From: Macrostomum lignano
Taxonomy: Eukaryota
Reading direction: 5' to 3'
NCBI GenBank assembly: GCA_002269645.1
Contig: NIVC01001589.1
Span: 1-64,000 of the forward strand
Length of the DNA stretch: 64,000 nucleotides
The position numbers and the translations under genes were made by a program. Within the stretch, counting starts at the first letter, position 1. The number at the start of each line of letters is the position of its first letter. Shown here one piece after another: positions 11,872 through 24,400 of the stretch. Under the pieces are notes generated by a model that worked only from the letters and a program-made list of their open reading frames with translations, made no database searches and was not told the DNA's origin.

Positions 11872-12533
11872 CATTCAAATACCGTTAATTGGCAAGCAGA
11901 CACTCGCCGAGAGAAGTGTTTTATAGTACTGCACCGTAATTAGTAGCGTGCACAGAGACAAAAGTTTAGGAAGTAGCGAGCTCGTATAAGGACAAAGCAA
12001 TCGAGATGCAGATGCGCGCGCTGTCACAGAATGTTGTGCAATAAAACAAATTTACACGGAGCAATAAGTTTTCTATAGCGTTCCACTGTAGCTCGCAGGC
12101 GTAAAGTACGCCTGTTAAAGCAAAATTACAAATGTTTCCAAACCTGGAAAGATTATTGATATTGCCACATACAGTGCTTAGAGCAATAAGATTTTTTGTG
12201 CCTTCACTGGTTGCTTTTATAAAAGAGAAGACTCCCGAAGCAACAGTTAAGTCCACGGAAAGTCACAAAATCCGCGGGAGCTTCTGCAGCAAAGGCCCAT
12301 CCCAAAACCCTGAGCACAGTGGCGGGGAGGATATCGCGATAGTGGCCGGTACAATATTGCTATTAAGAATTCACCGCGACAAGCATAAAAGCGTAGCTGT
12401 CTGCTATCAATACTGAGCATTAATTATTGCCCCTGGTTCTGTTCCAATTGCAAATCCAGCTTTCAACAAACATTCTGTACATTGTCCATCAGGCATGTAA
12501 ATCACCAGTTTGAAGTCTCCTGGCACAAATGGC

Positions 12534-15337
12534 TTAATCTTCGTCATCGTCTTCCTCTTCCTCTTCTTCAATTTCCATGAGCTCTTCCTGGTCCTCGAGC
12601 ATAGACAGGGACAGCCGATTGGCTTTGAGTGCCTCCTTGGAGTATTCGCACAGCTTGTACTTGATGCGCAGTTTTACCAGGCATTTCTCAACTGTTGTAC
12701 GCCGTTGAACGTGACTGGTGATGTACTGCAGGTCCGCAGCTCGCATCTCCTCCAGCTCTTTTTCTGGCTGCTGCTCCAGCTGCAGCTGCAGTGTTGAGGA
12801 GGACTCTGGTCTGCAGGTGGCCAGGCAGCGGCGTAGGACCCATCGAACTGCCCACGCGATGGCTAATAGAGTCTGCGGCAGCGGTGTGAGCAGATTCAGA
12901 GGGATAGGCAGCACCAGGCTGTGGTACGGCCGCAGCAGTATCAGCTTGAGCTGCCGGCGCATCCGGCCGAACAGCCACTTGTCGTTTTTGTTGGCTTGGA
13001 TGTCCTCGAACGTGACGGACATGAGAGCGATCAGCAAGTTGACGGCAACAACGCTGGCTATGAGGATGTAACCGCCGTATAGGAAGAGGCCTGTAGGCAT
13101 GATTGACGTATTTTTAGTTTGTTAAATCAGGTAGCACTCACTACACTATTGAAATGAGCTCAATGTTCAGTGTCAAATAACATGAAATAACATGTTCACC
13201 AAGTTGTGCATTCAAAGAGACTATTCGTAGATGTCCCAATGTCAGATGAGTGAATTAATTTCACAATCAACTGGTGAATTTTTTTCTAGAGGTTGCGCTC
13301 GGACTCTAATTTAACGACCACATCCCGTACAAATTGTATTAGCGCTTTTGTTAAATTAATGTAATGATATTTTTCCTATAGCTAATCAATTATCAAGATC
13401 CACAAAGTAGCCTTACCAAAGCTTCTAATGAACTGCGTCACGGAATCACTGGACAGCTTGTTGTTCAACAAGTTGTACGCAGTGGTGTCACTCATAGCGT
13501 AGATGCCCCAATACAGCACATTAGTGGTGTTTGGAAAGCTATCGAACGCTGTCGTGGAGCAGCGGAAATTCTGGTACATCGTTGTTAGTGCTGAGCCAAA
13601 CCCAAGCAGCACTAGCGCCATGAAGACGAAGAACTGGCCAATATCTTTGAACATCTTCTGCACAGTAAACGTTAGAACTCCTGTGATCTTGTGCATCTCA
13701 AATGCGTTGCCCAGACTGAGGAACAGTAGGAGGTGCCCAATTGAGAGCAGACTGCTTCCCAGCCTCTCCGGAACTGTCCACTCGGCGATGTAGCGCGTCT
13801 CGCTATCGGTCATGCAGGTGTGCAACTGGCAAATCTCCTGGCCTGCAATTCGATTCAACTGAGCATTGGAAATGTGATAAATCGAAGATCGAATCAAATG
13901 AACCAGACAATCAATTACGAGAATTATATCTACTCAGCATCTGCATTTTACCAAGCTCAACGCAGCTCCATCCGGAACCATGTCTGAAGCCTGAATCACA
14001 GTCTGGACATCTCATAAGTTTTTTCACCGCTACAGACTGCGAATAAAACGTACCAGCAGTGACATTGGGCTGGTTGCACAGTTGGGCCACAGCCCTTAGC
14101 ACAACTGAATCGGAAGGGTGGTTGTTGCGCACCCGAGTGACACCAGTGAGCAGCGTGACGACTCCAGCCAGCTGGAAGGCATTGCTAATTGACAGGCACC
14201 GGTCGAACATGTTGATGTGGTTCATCCCGGGCCCCAACCAGAACATGTCGTGAGCTTCGCGACAAATTCGACCCAGGATGAAGGAGAGCATGATGCTGTA
14301 GGATGTGTATACAGCTGCCATGCTGCCCGTGCTCCACACTGAGCACAGGTTGCTGGAACTGGACAGATTCTGCAGCACAGTAACGAGGACACTAGCGACG
14401 TTCGCATAGGTGGAGATGAGCTCCAGCACCGATGCCACCGGCAGGGCTTTGATTAGTCTGACTAGCTTCGGGTGAGGAAACACAATCACCAGAGGCGAGA
14501 TGATAGCAAAACAGAACAGGGACGTCATGTACAGGACTATGGACTGCAGCATGGGTGAGTGGATTCGCTGCAGCCATGGCAGATCTCGCATCCACACTTT
14601 GGTGACTAAGCTTTGCGTTGCCCTGTGGACAGCTGGACTGCGCAGCTTCATCTCCAAAAACAACTGCACCCGGCCGAGTCGGGGCTCGAAGTTCTCCAGA
14701 CCCTGCAGGAGGCCTTCGTCGACTTCGTCAACTAGGACGGTTTGAACCTCCTCGTAGTTCTCGCAGCAGTCCATCAGGGCGCTAATGCTGGTCTCCACAC
14801 ATTTGCGCAGCAGCCTGCTCAAAGTTTCGAAAAAAATTAATTAAAGCCATGCCATTTCATGATTGTTTCAAAACCACTAGAGAAATTGAAGCGGTATGTT
14901 AAATCTTGCCTAAAGTGACTCCGACTGTGCCGCATTAGAGTGTAGCGCAGCTCAGCAATTCGCCGAAAGCACTCTAGATAGTAGTCAAGAGGATCTTCAT
15001 TTAGCGAGAAGATGTAAATTGGCGAAACGAGAGCCATGAGAACTCGTCGCGTGTAGACCTGGGCGAATCGCCGATCGCTCTGGAGCAGCAAGCAGAGCTG
15101 GCACACGCAAGATGAAGGATGCGGCATGGGAATGCGCATCGACTGTTCGTGAATGAGATATGCGACGATGTCGGGCTTCTTCCATAGCACGGCGTACACC
15201 AGCGGACTGTTCAAGCAATCCTCTTGGCCCAGCGAAGGCGTGATAGTGTGCGTCTCGAACCATGCGCGCACCTTGGCAACCCGATTCTTGCGGATGTTGA
15301 ATCGCAACTCAAGATCGAATTGGTCATCCGTTGCCAT
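12534..15337 (-). CDS. Divergent TRPC-family cation channel, ~723 aa. Exons 15337-14910, 14814-14054, 13842-13417, 13090-12534
   Basis: TRP_2-type PHPSSCVCQLC and EDPLDYYL; VHRATQSLVTKVW (cf. VAHPNCQQLLASIW); multiple TM segments; TGVLTFTVQKMFKDIGQFF (cf. LGPLQISLGRMIIDIIKFF); pore VLYWGIY; VAVNLLIALMSVTFEDI; TRP box DKWLFGR. Exon lengths sum to 2172 nt = 724 codons. Confidence 0.85.
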
Positions 15338-16117
15338 TTATTTAACTCTGTCAAAATTATCGATTCAGTTGGCTGCTAGACTTACAGAGGCTCAATAACT
15401 CTCCTGGATTGAGAGAGTTGCAGCCCAATACTTTTATGTTGCCAACTGGAACAAACTGCTCTACGCTCTACTGCGCATGCTGAACCTCTGGGCCACTTCT
15501 GCCCCAAAAGCCGCATTGCTTCTCGCTCCCTTTCTCCATATTTTTTCATTCGCCAGAGGGATAAGAGATCGAAGCAAAAGGGAAGAGAAGAATGTGCAAA
15601 TAATTCCTGTGGTGAGAATTGACTTTTGCAAGCTGTCAGGACTTATCCAGCATTTAGTTTCTGCTCTTATAGCCCTACTCAAGCACTACAGAACTTATTT
15701 GCGCAGACTGCAAGAGTTCATATATAGAAACACTGAGTAGGAGTTGTAGGGAGAAGTATTGAACCATTTGAAATTGAATGGAGCGGCATTTACCCAGCCT
15801 GCTCTCATACAGTATGAAGCCTTGCTGTACATTTTTCTCTGTGCACAAAATTGTTCACTCGTACTGTTCACACCCTCATGCGCCTGCCCTTAGCCAAACT
15901 AAAACTCTTTCCAGTGGTGTGTCCCTACAACCCGGGCTAGCTATGCGAGCGTACAAGTCATAGCTTTTGCTGGCCCAGGGTTTAAAGGGCAAGAAGACGA
16001 TAACGAGAAGCGTATAAAATGCCAGGGCAGGGCCTGGAGTAATTGTCGCACCACCACCACCAACAAGGCAAGCTGCGATCGTACGACTCTCTCAACCCTC
16101 AGGCAACAACGAAGACA

Positions 16118-16635
16118 ATGGAGCGCCTCTGGGACGCATTTTTTGCTTTATATTTTATAATCCATATTCCCATCCTGGTACTGTTCGATGCTCAAGTAGT
16201 CCTGCCCAGCTGGCTATTTCGGACGTCCTTCGCAATATGACTGCTGAGTACGGGCGCGTCATTAAAGACAGCATGGTACTGAAGCCTCCGGCCTGGTACA
16301 AAAGCCTCTGCGTGTGCGAAATCACCTTTCAGGCACCTCTGATCTTCCTGTGCACCTATGCATTCGTTCTCGGCGGCCGAAGGTGGATTCGAATACCTGC
16401 CATCATCTACGGCACCCACGTGGCCACCACGCTCATCCCAATATTGGCTCACATCGGCTATCACGACTTTACTGGAGAGACGCCCCAAGGACCAGAGACA
16501 CTTGATGACCGGCTCAAGGTGGCCGGAATCTATCTGCCGTGGTTTGTGTGGCCCGCCCTGCTGGTCTGGCGAATGTGCGTAAGCCCGTTCTACTCTGGCC
16601 AGGCGAGTGCAACGAATAAGCGCAAAGCCCACTAG
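16118..16635 (+). CDS. TMEM97: TMEM97 / sigma-2 receptor (EXPERA domain), intronless CDS, ~172 aa, broken by an apparent 1-bp deletion at ~16220
   Basis: YFIIHIPILVLFDAQVVLP, PPAWYKS, CEITFQAP, WIRIPAIIYGTHVATTLIPIL and PETLDDRL match TMEM97; C-terminal KRKAH is a KxKxx-type ER retrieval signal; adding one C gives the continuous LFPDVLRNMTAEY. Confidence 0.88.
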
Positions 16636-17567
16636 AGATACATGAAACCATTGCCATGGTTACGTTCTATTCCTTTTCAATTTATCTGATCTGAATGATA
16701 TCAATCGAAGCCATTCATCTATTCGTATCCAACATCTTCTCGTAATTGTATATGTAACCATAGCAACTGAATTCTTCAACTATACATGTAGGAATTTAAG
16801 TTACGAGCTAATAAAGAATTACCCCTCTGACTGCGAAATTTCGCTTGGTTTTAGAATACTTTGCAAGCGTGTAATTTTCTTTGTTTATTTGTTTATTTGG
16901 CAGTGGCCAAAAATCATGTTTTGCATTATTTTTCATAACAATGATTTGAGAGTGTTCCTAATTCCTTTCTATTGTTCTGACATGTATGATGATAACAACA
17001 GGGTATGACTTGCTGATATTGCTTCAATATTACTGTAAGGATAAAATTCAAGCAACGAAAACAATCATTAATAGGCCTATCCAAGCTAAGGTTTTGTACG
17101 CTCGTAGTGTGGTGCAGGAAGAAAACTCTAGCGGAATAGACGACACGTGTCTACGGACCACCCAAGGACCACTGTAGTACTCGAACGTCTCGAAGTATAA
17201 CTACTATAAACAGCACACCCCAAGGGAAGGGAAGGCGGACGCGAATGTTTGCGAGTACATCGAGTACAGTGCGAGTGGATACGACGGTCCAAAATCCGAA
17301 AAATGATGGGAAAATAGTGAAAGAAAAACGGGGGGGCACGCAGAATGCTGGGACACGCTTGCAAGCAAAATAAAATAAACAGTCATTAAAGCAGCACTTA
17401 ATCGATAAAACAACAGTCATCATTGCAAGAAAAAGATAAAATACTAAATAAGAAAAAAACACGAGTTGAGAAGAAAAAAAATCCAAACATTTGAGTCCAA
17501 GCCAGAGGAAAAAGAAAGCAGACAGCACACCAGCTTCAACCCAGAGCAGGCAAATGAAAAATTATAG

Positions 17568-18385
17568 TCATTGAGACAGTTTGCGAACAGCCGCCAGCTG
17601 GAGGTCGAAGCCCTTTTCCAGCCCCAGGTACACCTCAACCGCCGAGCTCCGCCAGTCGGCCAGGGCCTTGACGACCGGCAGCGGGACACCGGCGCGGAAA
17701 GCCAGCGAGGCGCCGCCGCGTCGAAGGCTGTGAGGAGACAGAGACCGGTCTGCCAGGCCGGCACGGTGGACGACGTGCTGAAACAGGCGACAGAACCGGG
17801 TGCCGGTCAGAGGCGTCAGGCCGCTGCTGCTTCGGTAGGCGAAGAGGTGGGCAGCAGCGGCGCGGTCGGGCTGGTTGATGCGCAGGTGGTGAAGCAGCGC
17901 TGCCACGGGGCAGAGCGGGTGCTGCGACGCGTGCCGGAGGCGCGGCAGGACAACGCGCTGCACTCGCTGGCGGTACTGGTTCGTCTTGGAGCGCCAAATG
18001 TGCAGGATGACCAGATCCGGTGATACTTGCAGGTCGCCGCAGGTGACCGCCTCGCCAGCTGGTGGGAACGGTTTCGAGCAGCACAGATTGGCGCGGCACA
18101 GGAGGCCCCAGAATCCGACCAGGACCGCCGCCCAGAAGGCTGCATCTTGAGGCTGCTGCAGGCGCAGGGTTCCTCGCAGTTTGAGGAGGTCACCTTGGGC
18201 GCCTTGCGCGCCGGTGGCTTGGCGAGTTTGCGCTGCACACCGCGGAGGAGCAGGTCGATGCGGGAGTCGCGAGGAAGGCCGCGGCCGGTCTTGAGCTTGT
18301 AGTGCAGGTCTGCGGCGTTATTGTACGCACCGACGCTGGCATGCGAGGAGAGGCGGTCGGACAGCGCGATGATGTAGTGCGCGAC
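17568..18385 (-). pseudogene. Tyrosine recombinase of the retrotransposon (N-terminus deleted, frameshift ~18195)
   Basis: GFWGLLCRANL, RSKTNQY, LCPVAAL, HSLRRGGA, ADWRS..EVYL are DIRS/Ngaro YR motifs. Confidence 0.85.
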
Positions 18386-18387
18386 CA

Positions 18388-19400
18388 TCAGACCCAGTTG
18401 ATGCGGCCACAGAGCGATTGGAGTTGGCGCTTGGTGATGCGCTCGCGAGAGAGCGCGTACTGCAGCTGAGACTTGGTGGCGTCGAGCTTTTCCTTCGGAA
18501 GCTCCAGCAGGCCGCTGACGGTGTCGATGAGGACGCCCAGGTAGACCAGTCTGGTGCACGGCGCCACCACCTTGCTCCAGTTGATGGAGAAGCCAAGCTT
18601 CCGCAGCAGATTGAGCAGGGTGTCGAGAGCGAGCTGGCAGTCGTCCTTGCTGGAGGCTGCTATGGCGAAGTCGTCGAGATAACTGCCGATATCGTTGAAG
18701 CCCCGTCTCTGCATCATGCGCTTGACGGCCTGGCTCAGACGGTGGAAAACTTCCACGGAGGCAGCAGCGCCAAAGGGGAGCCGCGTGTCGCAGATGTACG
18801 AATCGCTGCGCTGGTCGCTGAATTTCCACTTCAAGCCGGTGAGCCGAAAATCGTGCGGGCTGATGCCGACACTCCGGTAGGCATTGGCGAGGTCGACTTT
18901 GGCTATGAACCAACCGGGTTGCAGCTTGGCGGTGAAGTGACTGACGGTCTCGAACTTGATTCTGTAGTCGGAAGAAAATCGCCTGTTTAGGGAGAGACCC
19001 GGAGGGTTAGAGCAGTCGTGGATGAGTCGAATCTTGTTGTTGCCCTTCGGAATGGTGCCAAGGGCGCTGATGACCTCCGGTTTGTCACTGACTTGAACGT
19101 AGCGGCCATTAAGGATTTCCTCTTGCACCTGCTGCTCGACCAGCTGCCGGTAACTGTTGACTGATAGCTAGTTCTGGATTTCTGACATAGTTGAGGCTCT
19201 TTCTGACGGGTCAGGGCAGGTGAGTTGGAAGCCGTTGCGGATGCCATTCAGCAGGAATTCGCGGTCAGGATCGTCAGTCAGCTCAGTTTCCCAGGCGGCT
19301 GTGGCGAGGTCGGATGAGAAAGCGACGGACTCGAGGGGCTTGGGACAGGGCCAGCCGGGGGCAGCAGGGGTTCGACTTTGGCTTCCGCCAGGGCAGCTGC
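18388..19400 (-). pseudogene. Reverse transcriptase of the retrotransposon (in-frame TAG at 19170-19168; RNase H missing)
   Basis: AWETELTDDPDREFLLNGIRNGF, ISALGTIPK..IRLIHDCSNP, KVDLANAYRSV, DTRLPFGAAAS, YLDDF, YLGVLIDT, LQSLCGRINW. Confidence 0.9.
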
Positions 19401-19432
19401 GCTGCCAGTTGAGCCCCCCGGCCGGCCGCGAT

Positions 19433-19948
19433 CTAGTTTTTGAAGATCGCGTTGCCGCCCTGATTTGACTTTGGTGCCAGAATGTGCTTGGATAGCAGCT
19501 GCAGCGACTCCCGCTCCCAGCTGCCGCTCGACTGATGTTGCAGAATCCTGAAGTCTTCATCGTAACAGTTGAGGGCGGCCTGACTGAAACCCTGGTGCAT
19601 AAACTCGCCGAACTGCACACAGTAGCGAACGTAGGCCTTCAGCTGTTCAAGATCCACCGCGCCATCCTTAGCGGTGACCAAGGACCCCTCGTCGAGGATT
19701 TTCAGCAGGATTCGGTTGCTGCCTGCTACCCACTGACCCGCCGAGATCTGCTCAGTCCGGAATCTGGACCTCTCGCCAGAGGCAGGCTCCTCGCCATCAC
19801 GGTTGATAAAGTCCTTTACCAGAAGGGGCTTTGACGGTCCCGACGGCCTGGCGGAAGTGCTGTAGAGGCCTTGAAGGCCCAGTTCTGGTAGTCCCAGCTC
19901 CGGCTCATAGGCAGCAGGGGACCGGTCAATCGGCAAGGGGCTCCGCAA
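19433..19948 (-). CDS. gag-like ORF1 of the retrotransposon
   Basis: Position upstream of pol; QWVAGSNRIL...YVRY...CYDEDFRILQ..SW pattern as remembered for Ngaro ORF1. Confidence 0.55.
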   Translation of the reverse strand: MRSPLPIDRSPAAYEPELGLPELGLQGLYSTSARPSGPSKPLLVKDFINRDGEEPASGERSRFRTEQISAGQWVAGSNRILLKILDEGSLVTAKDGAVDLEQLKAYVRYCVQFGEFMHQGFSQAALNCYDEDFRILQHQSSGSWERESLQLLSKHILAPKSNQGGNAIFKN

Positions 19949-21480
19949 CTTACGGCTCTGTTGGCAAGGCTTGTTCTCCAGCTCAGCCTCGATCTCAGCA
20001 GTCTGGCGTTGAAGAGTCTTCAGCCGAAGCAGCTTCTCCTGACGGGCGATCCTCTTGTCCAGATCGTCGGTGCCCTGCGCGAGAAAATTTCATGCAGCGC
20101 GAGAAAGGTGAGGCAGGCTGAGTAAAAGCTAGGTGATATAAACCTCACGGCGGAGGGTGCAGTGCAGAGGGGGGTTAACTTGGGGTGGGTGTTTACAACC
20201 AATCAGCAAACGCCGATTGGACACGTCATTTTAACGACCCTTGCATCTACATTATGTAAGTCAACGGGAAAATATCTAAATCTCCTACATGTGTGTCACA
20301 TGCAATTACTGTTTAAGCAGCGCTAGATGCACGCTTTTACACGCATTTCAATTCGAACTCACAAGTTAACTGAAGCAACTTCAGAATATTTTACCAATCG
20401 TACATCACATATATGTACACATAGCACATTCTGTACTTCTTGTACTTCAGATGCTTGGGAATTCACAAATCAAATCTACAATATACTGTACATGTGAGGT
20501 CAGTCACTACACAATCATATTTATTGTAAGTAACAGGTGCATGGAGTCACCATGATTTCATAGTGCAAAGCCAAGATCCAAATTAAAGAACAAAACATTT
20601 GGCTTGTTTGGTGCATGTAAAAGCCTGCATGTACATGTATGTGCATGTATTGATCGATATATATTTTATTTGGCGCAGGCTACAGAATCTACAACTTAAT
20701 ATGTGTATAGTATATAGCAGACTGCAGAGCAGACACTTTTTGACGCCAGAAGCACTTTTTTGCCCCCACATGCACTTCAATTATTAGTAACGACGGGAAA
20801 GCAAATCTGGGTTTCTACATGATTAATCTACTGCTACGAAATAGTAATTTGCAGATTACATATAACACCAAAATGAGTGTCACAGCTTATACTGGAAGGA
20901 GGAAGGAAATTTCCTCCCAGTGGTGATTCTCTTGGTAATTAAGTAGATATTGTACATTATACATGTAAATTGTAAAGCTTACTGCATGAGATCAGCTTAA
21001 CGGATCAGATGAGATTTGATTAAACGGATCGAATTGATTTGCATCGATAAAAACTCGATACCCACATGATAATTACACTAATATGTTATTTGTGTCCAAA
21101 ATTAAAAAATTCCATCCATCACATTAACTTGTGGCTCAATTTATCAAGAATCTAATTAACGCGGTTTAATTTCATAGAAAGTGGGCTATTAAAAAATCAA
21201 CACTGTATTTCTGTAGTCTTATATATTCTGCAATAATCCGGTGGATAAAGTTAAGTAATTATGCCAAAGTTAAAATTAAGTTTCTGTTGTTTATCTCAGC
21301 CGCCCTAAATCACTCAAAGCACCCCGCTATTTTGATTGCACAATTGTTATGCAAATCCACGTGATATAAGACTGAGAAGGAATAAATAAATAGTTTTATA
21401 CAAAAAGCAATTTATTTACAGTTCCACACATTGTTTCTTTAAACGCAAGTTGCTATTTTAATTCTGTCATCAACAGAAAG

Positions 21481-24400
21481 ATGAGTTGGGAAGAAGAAGC
21501 CAGTCAGCTAGGCAACGATGTCTCAAAACTAAACATTGATGCACCTGTATTTGTCCCTGGACGCAATATTAACGCTCCAGCCTTTGTACCTGGGCAACAA
21601 ACTTTTACACCCCAAGCTCCAGCTCAAAAGCAGGAGCCGTCTGTTGGGACATCCAATGCTGAGGAAGCGATGGAAGAGGATAAACCTGCATCATCAAATG
21701 ATAATACAACTGCTGCAGCAGCAGCATCTGTGTCTCAGGTTAAAGATCAAAAGATGGATTCTGAACAGAGTGAGCCATCATTGCAGTCACACTTAATGAA
21801 AAGTGTAAAAGATAGCGAAATGCAGAAAGTGGCATCAAATGCTTCATTGTTGTCTTCAGATGCTGATAAAGGTAATTTTATTGTCTTGTTTCTTTTAAGT
21901 TAGGGTCAATCAATGATTTTGATATGATATAACTTTGTTAGCTTAAGCAATTGCAATTTTTATGCACACTATTTTTTTAGCTTCAATTTTTTTAAATATC
22001 ACATTGTCAATTTTGAGTTTTGCCTTTAGAAGTTTAGACTTGCTAATCTATCTCTTATAAATCTATCTCTTAGAAGCATATAAAGACTGCTAAGAACATA
22101 TCTTAAAAAGTCTGAATATTAGAAGCATCTTGTCCCGAATCTTATCATATTGTCTTAAATTTTAATCTAGAACAAAATCTCAATATCAGCCACATGTAAA
22201 AAGAAAAATATAATGTTCCATCTATATTATAATGGCACTGCCAGATCCTTAGCCCTTAGAAAATGGGTTCTGGTGCCGGAACTCTAGCCATTGCCAGTTT
22301 AGACTAGCAAATAGAACTTCAAGCAAATGTCATAGAGGCTAACTTCTCTCTATTAAAATTCCAGCTGCTAATACCAAGTTGTACTAGGGATTAACTCTTT
22401 ATTCTTAATTAATTAAATGGCATAGCACTATTAATAAGTCTAACTATTTCTTAGAATTAGTCAGTGGCGCAACTAGGAAGGTAGGGACAGGGTGGTTGCC
22501 CCAGAGACCTAAAAAAAATCAAAGGGGGACCATGCAAATTTTTGCCAAAAACAGAGCTACCCCTCTGCCCCTGGGACTTTATCCTCCAGAATCTGTCCCT
22601 TCCCCTCAAAAAATTTCTGGTTGCGCTACTGGAATTAGGTAATGATTTCTCTTTAGTACATTTCTAGATACCATTTTATATATAATTCTAGTAGCATCGG
22701 GTGCAGCCCATTTTGGCGAAGGAATTTTCGGCAAAAGACGCTTTGGCGAAAGTGAATTTTAAGTTTTAATAGATGTACATTTCAGCAAAAGAAAGTGACT
22801 AGTTCGGCGAAAAGGTAGGCTACGTATATATTGCAAATATACCACTTTGGTGATTGAAGCTTTTAATAAATTTTCATTGCTGCAAATTATTTGCAGTTAC
22901 AAAATTTTAAAACTCATGACTTAGCTCGTAGCAATGTTATGTACATGAGCGCAATTTATCAATATGCAGTCGATAGATTAGGGATGATGACAGTGTGATT
23001 TTTCAGATTATCCAGGCTCCTAAAATTGTACTTTGAAATTCCGCCGTAATGGATGGGAATCTAATAAAACAACTCAATTAAACTGCGACAAAACAAAACA
23101 TGTCACGATAAAATTAGTCTTTATAAAGTTCGTCATTTTTCTTTTTAACTTTCTTCTAAAACAAAAAACTTTTCAGCAAAGCTTGGAATAAATTTTTCGC
23201 CGAAATGGGCAGCTTTAGATGAAATGGTCATTGCGAAAGTATTTTTTGCCATTATTGACTTTCGCCAAAAATTCTTTCGCCGAAGTAGGTTGAAACCATA
23301 GCATCTAATGTATACTTCTAGCATTGAGCAGTCTACTAGTAGATAAACTTTTCCAGTCTAGATGTTATCAGGATCAGAGGGTCATGGTAAAACTCTAGTA
23401 TATTTCTTTGAATTACTCTCCAACTCTCTCTTTTAGTATATTTCTCTTAACTATTTCTCAGCCTTTCAAAATGAATAAGTTGCCCTTAGTCTTAACTTGA
23501 AAGCTCTAAGAATATAGATTGAATTATAATATTTACTATAACCATATTATAATAAATAGTTGTACATTTAAACAAACAAATATTTAGTGTCTGGCATAGC
23601 TTTGATTTCTTAAAAAAGATATAATATTAATTAAGAATTACTATTACATTCATTCAAGGTAAAAATATTCAAGTAGCACTATTACACAAATTTAGACTTA
23701 TTGTAAATATATATTACTTAGTTAGATGACTAGAAAGGCAGTATTAGCCTTAAAGTAAACTTAATAGTTTGGGTTTAAGATAAAAAACTAATTAAGAATA
23801 ATGCCCAATATTAGATTTGCAATTTTAGAAACTTTAAAATAGAAGAATTCTTAAAAAGAAAAATCTTTGATAAAAAAGGCTAAAAAGCCCAAAGGCTCTT
23901 AATTATAGCATAACAATATATAAGTTAGACAAGTATGAAATATTTAGTTAAGCATGAGATATTGTGAATTTTTTGTTTCAGCAAAAATTATTTGATCATG
24001 ATTTACAAAAGCAATTAAATATCATAGTAAAATGCAATAAATCATAAATGCAATGAATTTATTTTTAGTACAAATATAAAAATTGTCAACATTATCTTTT
24101 CTTTTTCATTTTTACTTTGTATATAATTTCTGGTTTTATTGACTTTATATAATCAATTTAAATATATTTAATTGACTTTATATATATATATATATATTAA
24201 TTTAAAGACTTATCTTCAACTACTAAAGTATATAAAACAAGTAATGGCAATTGTTATTGCAACTTGCAATAAATATAAGATCAATAGTGAAAGTTACAAA
24301 ATATAGAGACCATTATCCATTTATGTTGGATATTTCTCTTAACTATTTCTCAGCCTTTCAAAATGAATAAGTTGCTCTTAGTCTTAACTCAAAAGCTCTA

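Larger units (their letters stand above)
17100..20190 (-). mobile_element. Ngaro/DIRS-type tyrosine-recombinase retrotransposon, decayed and internally deleted; boundaries approximate
   Basis: gag-like ORF, then RT, then YR on the same strand; terminal split direct repeats not identified by eye. Confidence 0.85.

Noticed and set aside
17571-18990. Long + strand ORFs opposite RT and YR; also antisense ORFs over NOP56, GCNT and TRPC
   Set aside because: Shadow ORFs of GC-rich coding sequence with no recognisable motifs
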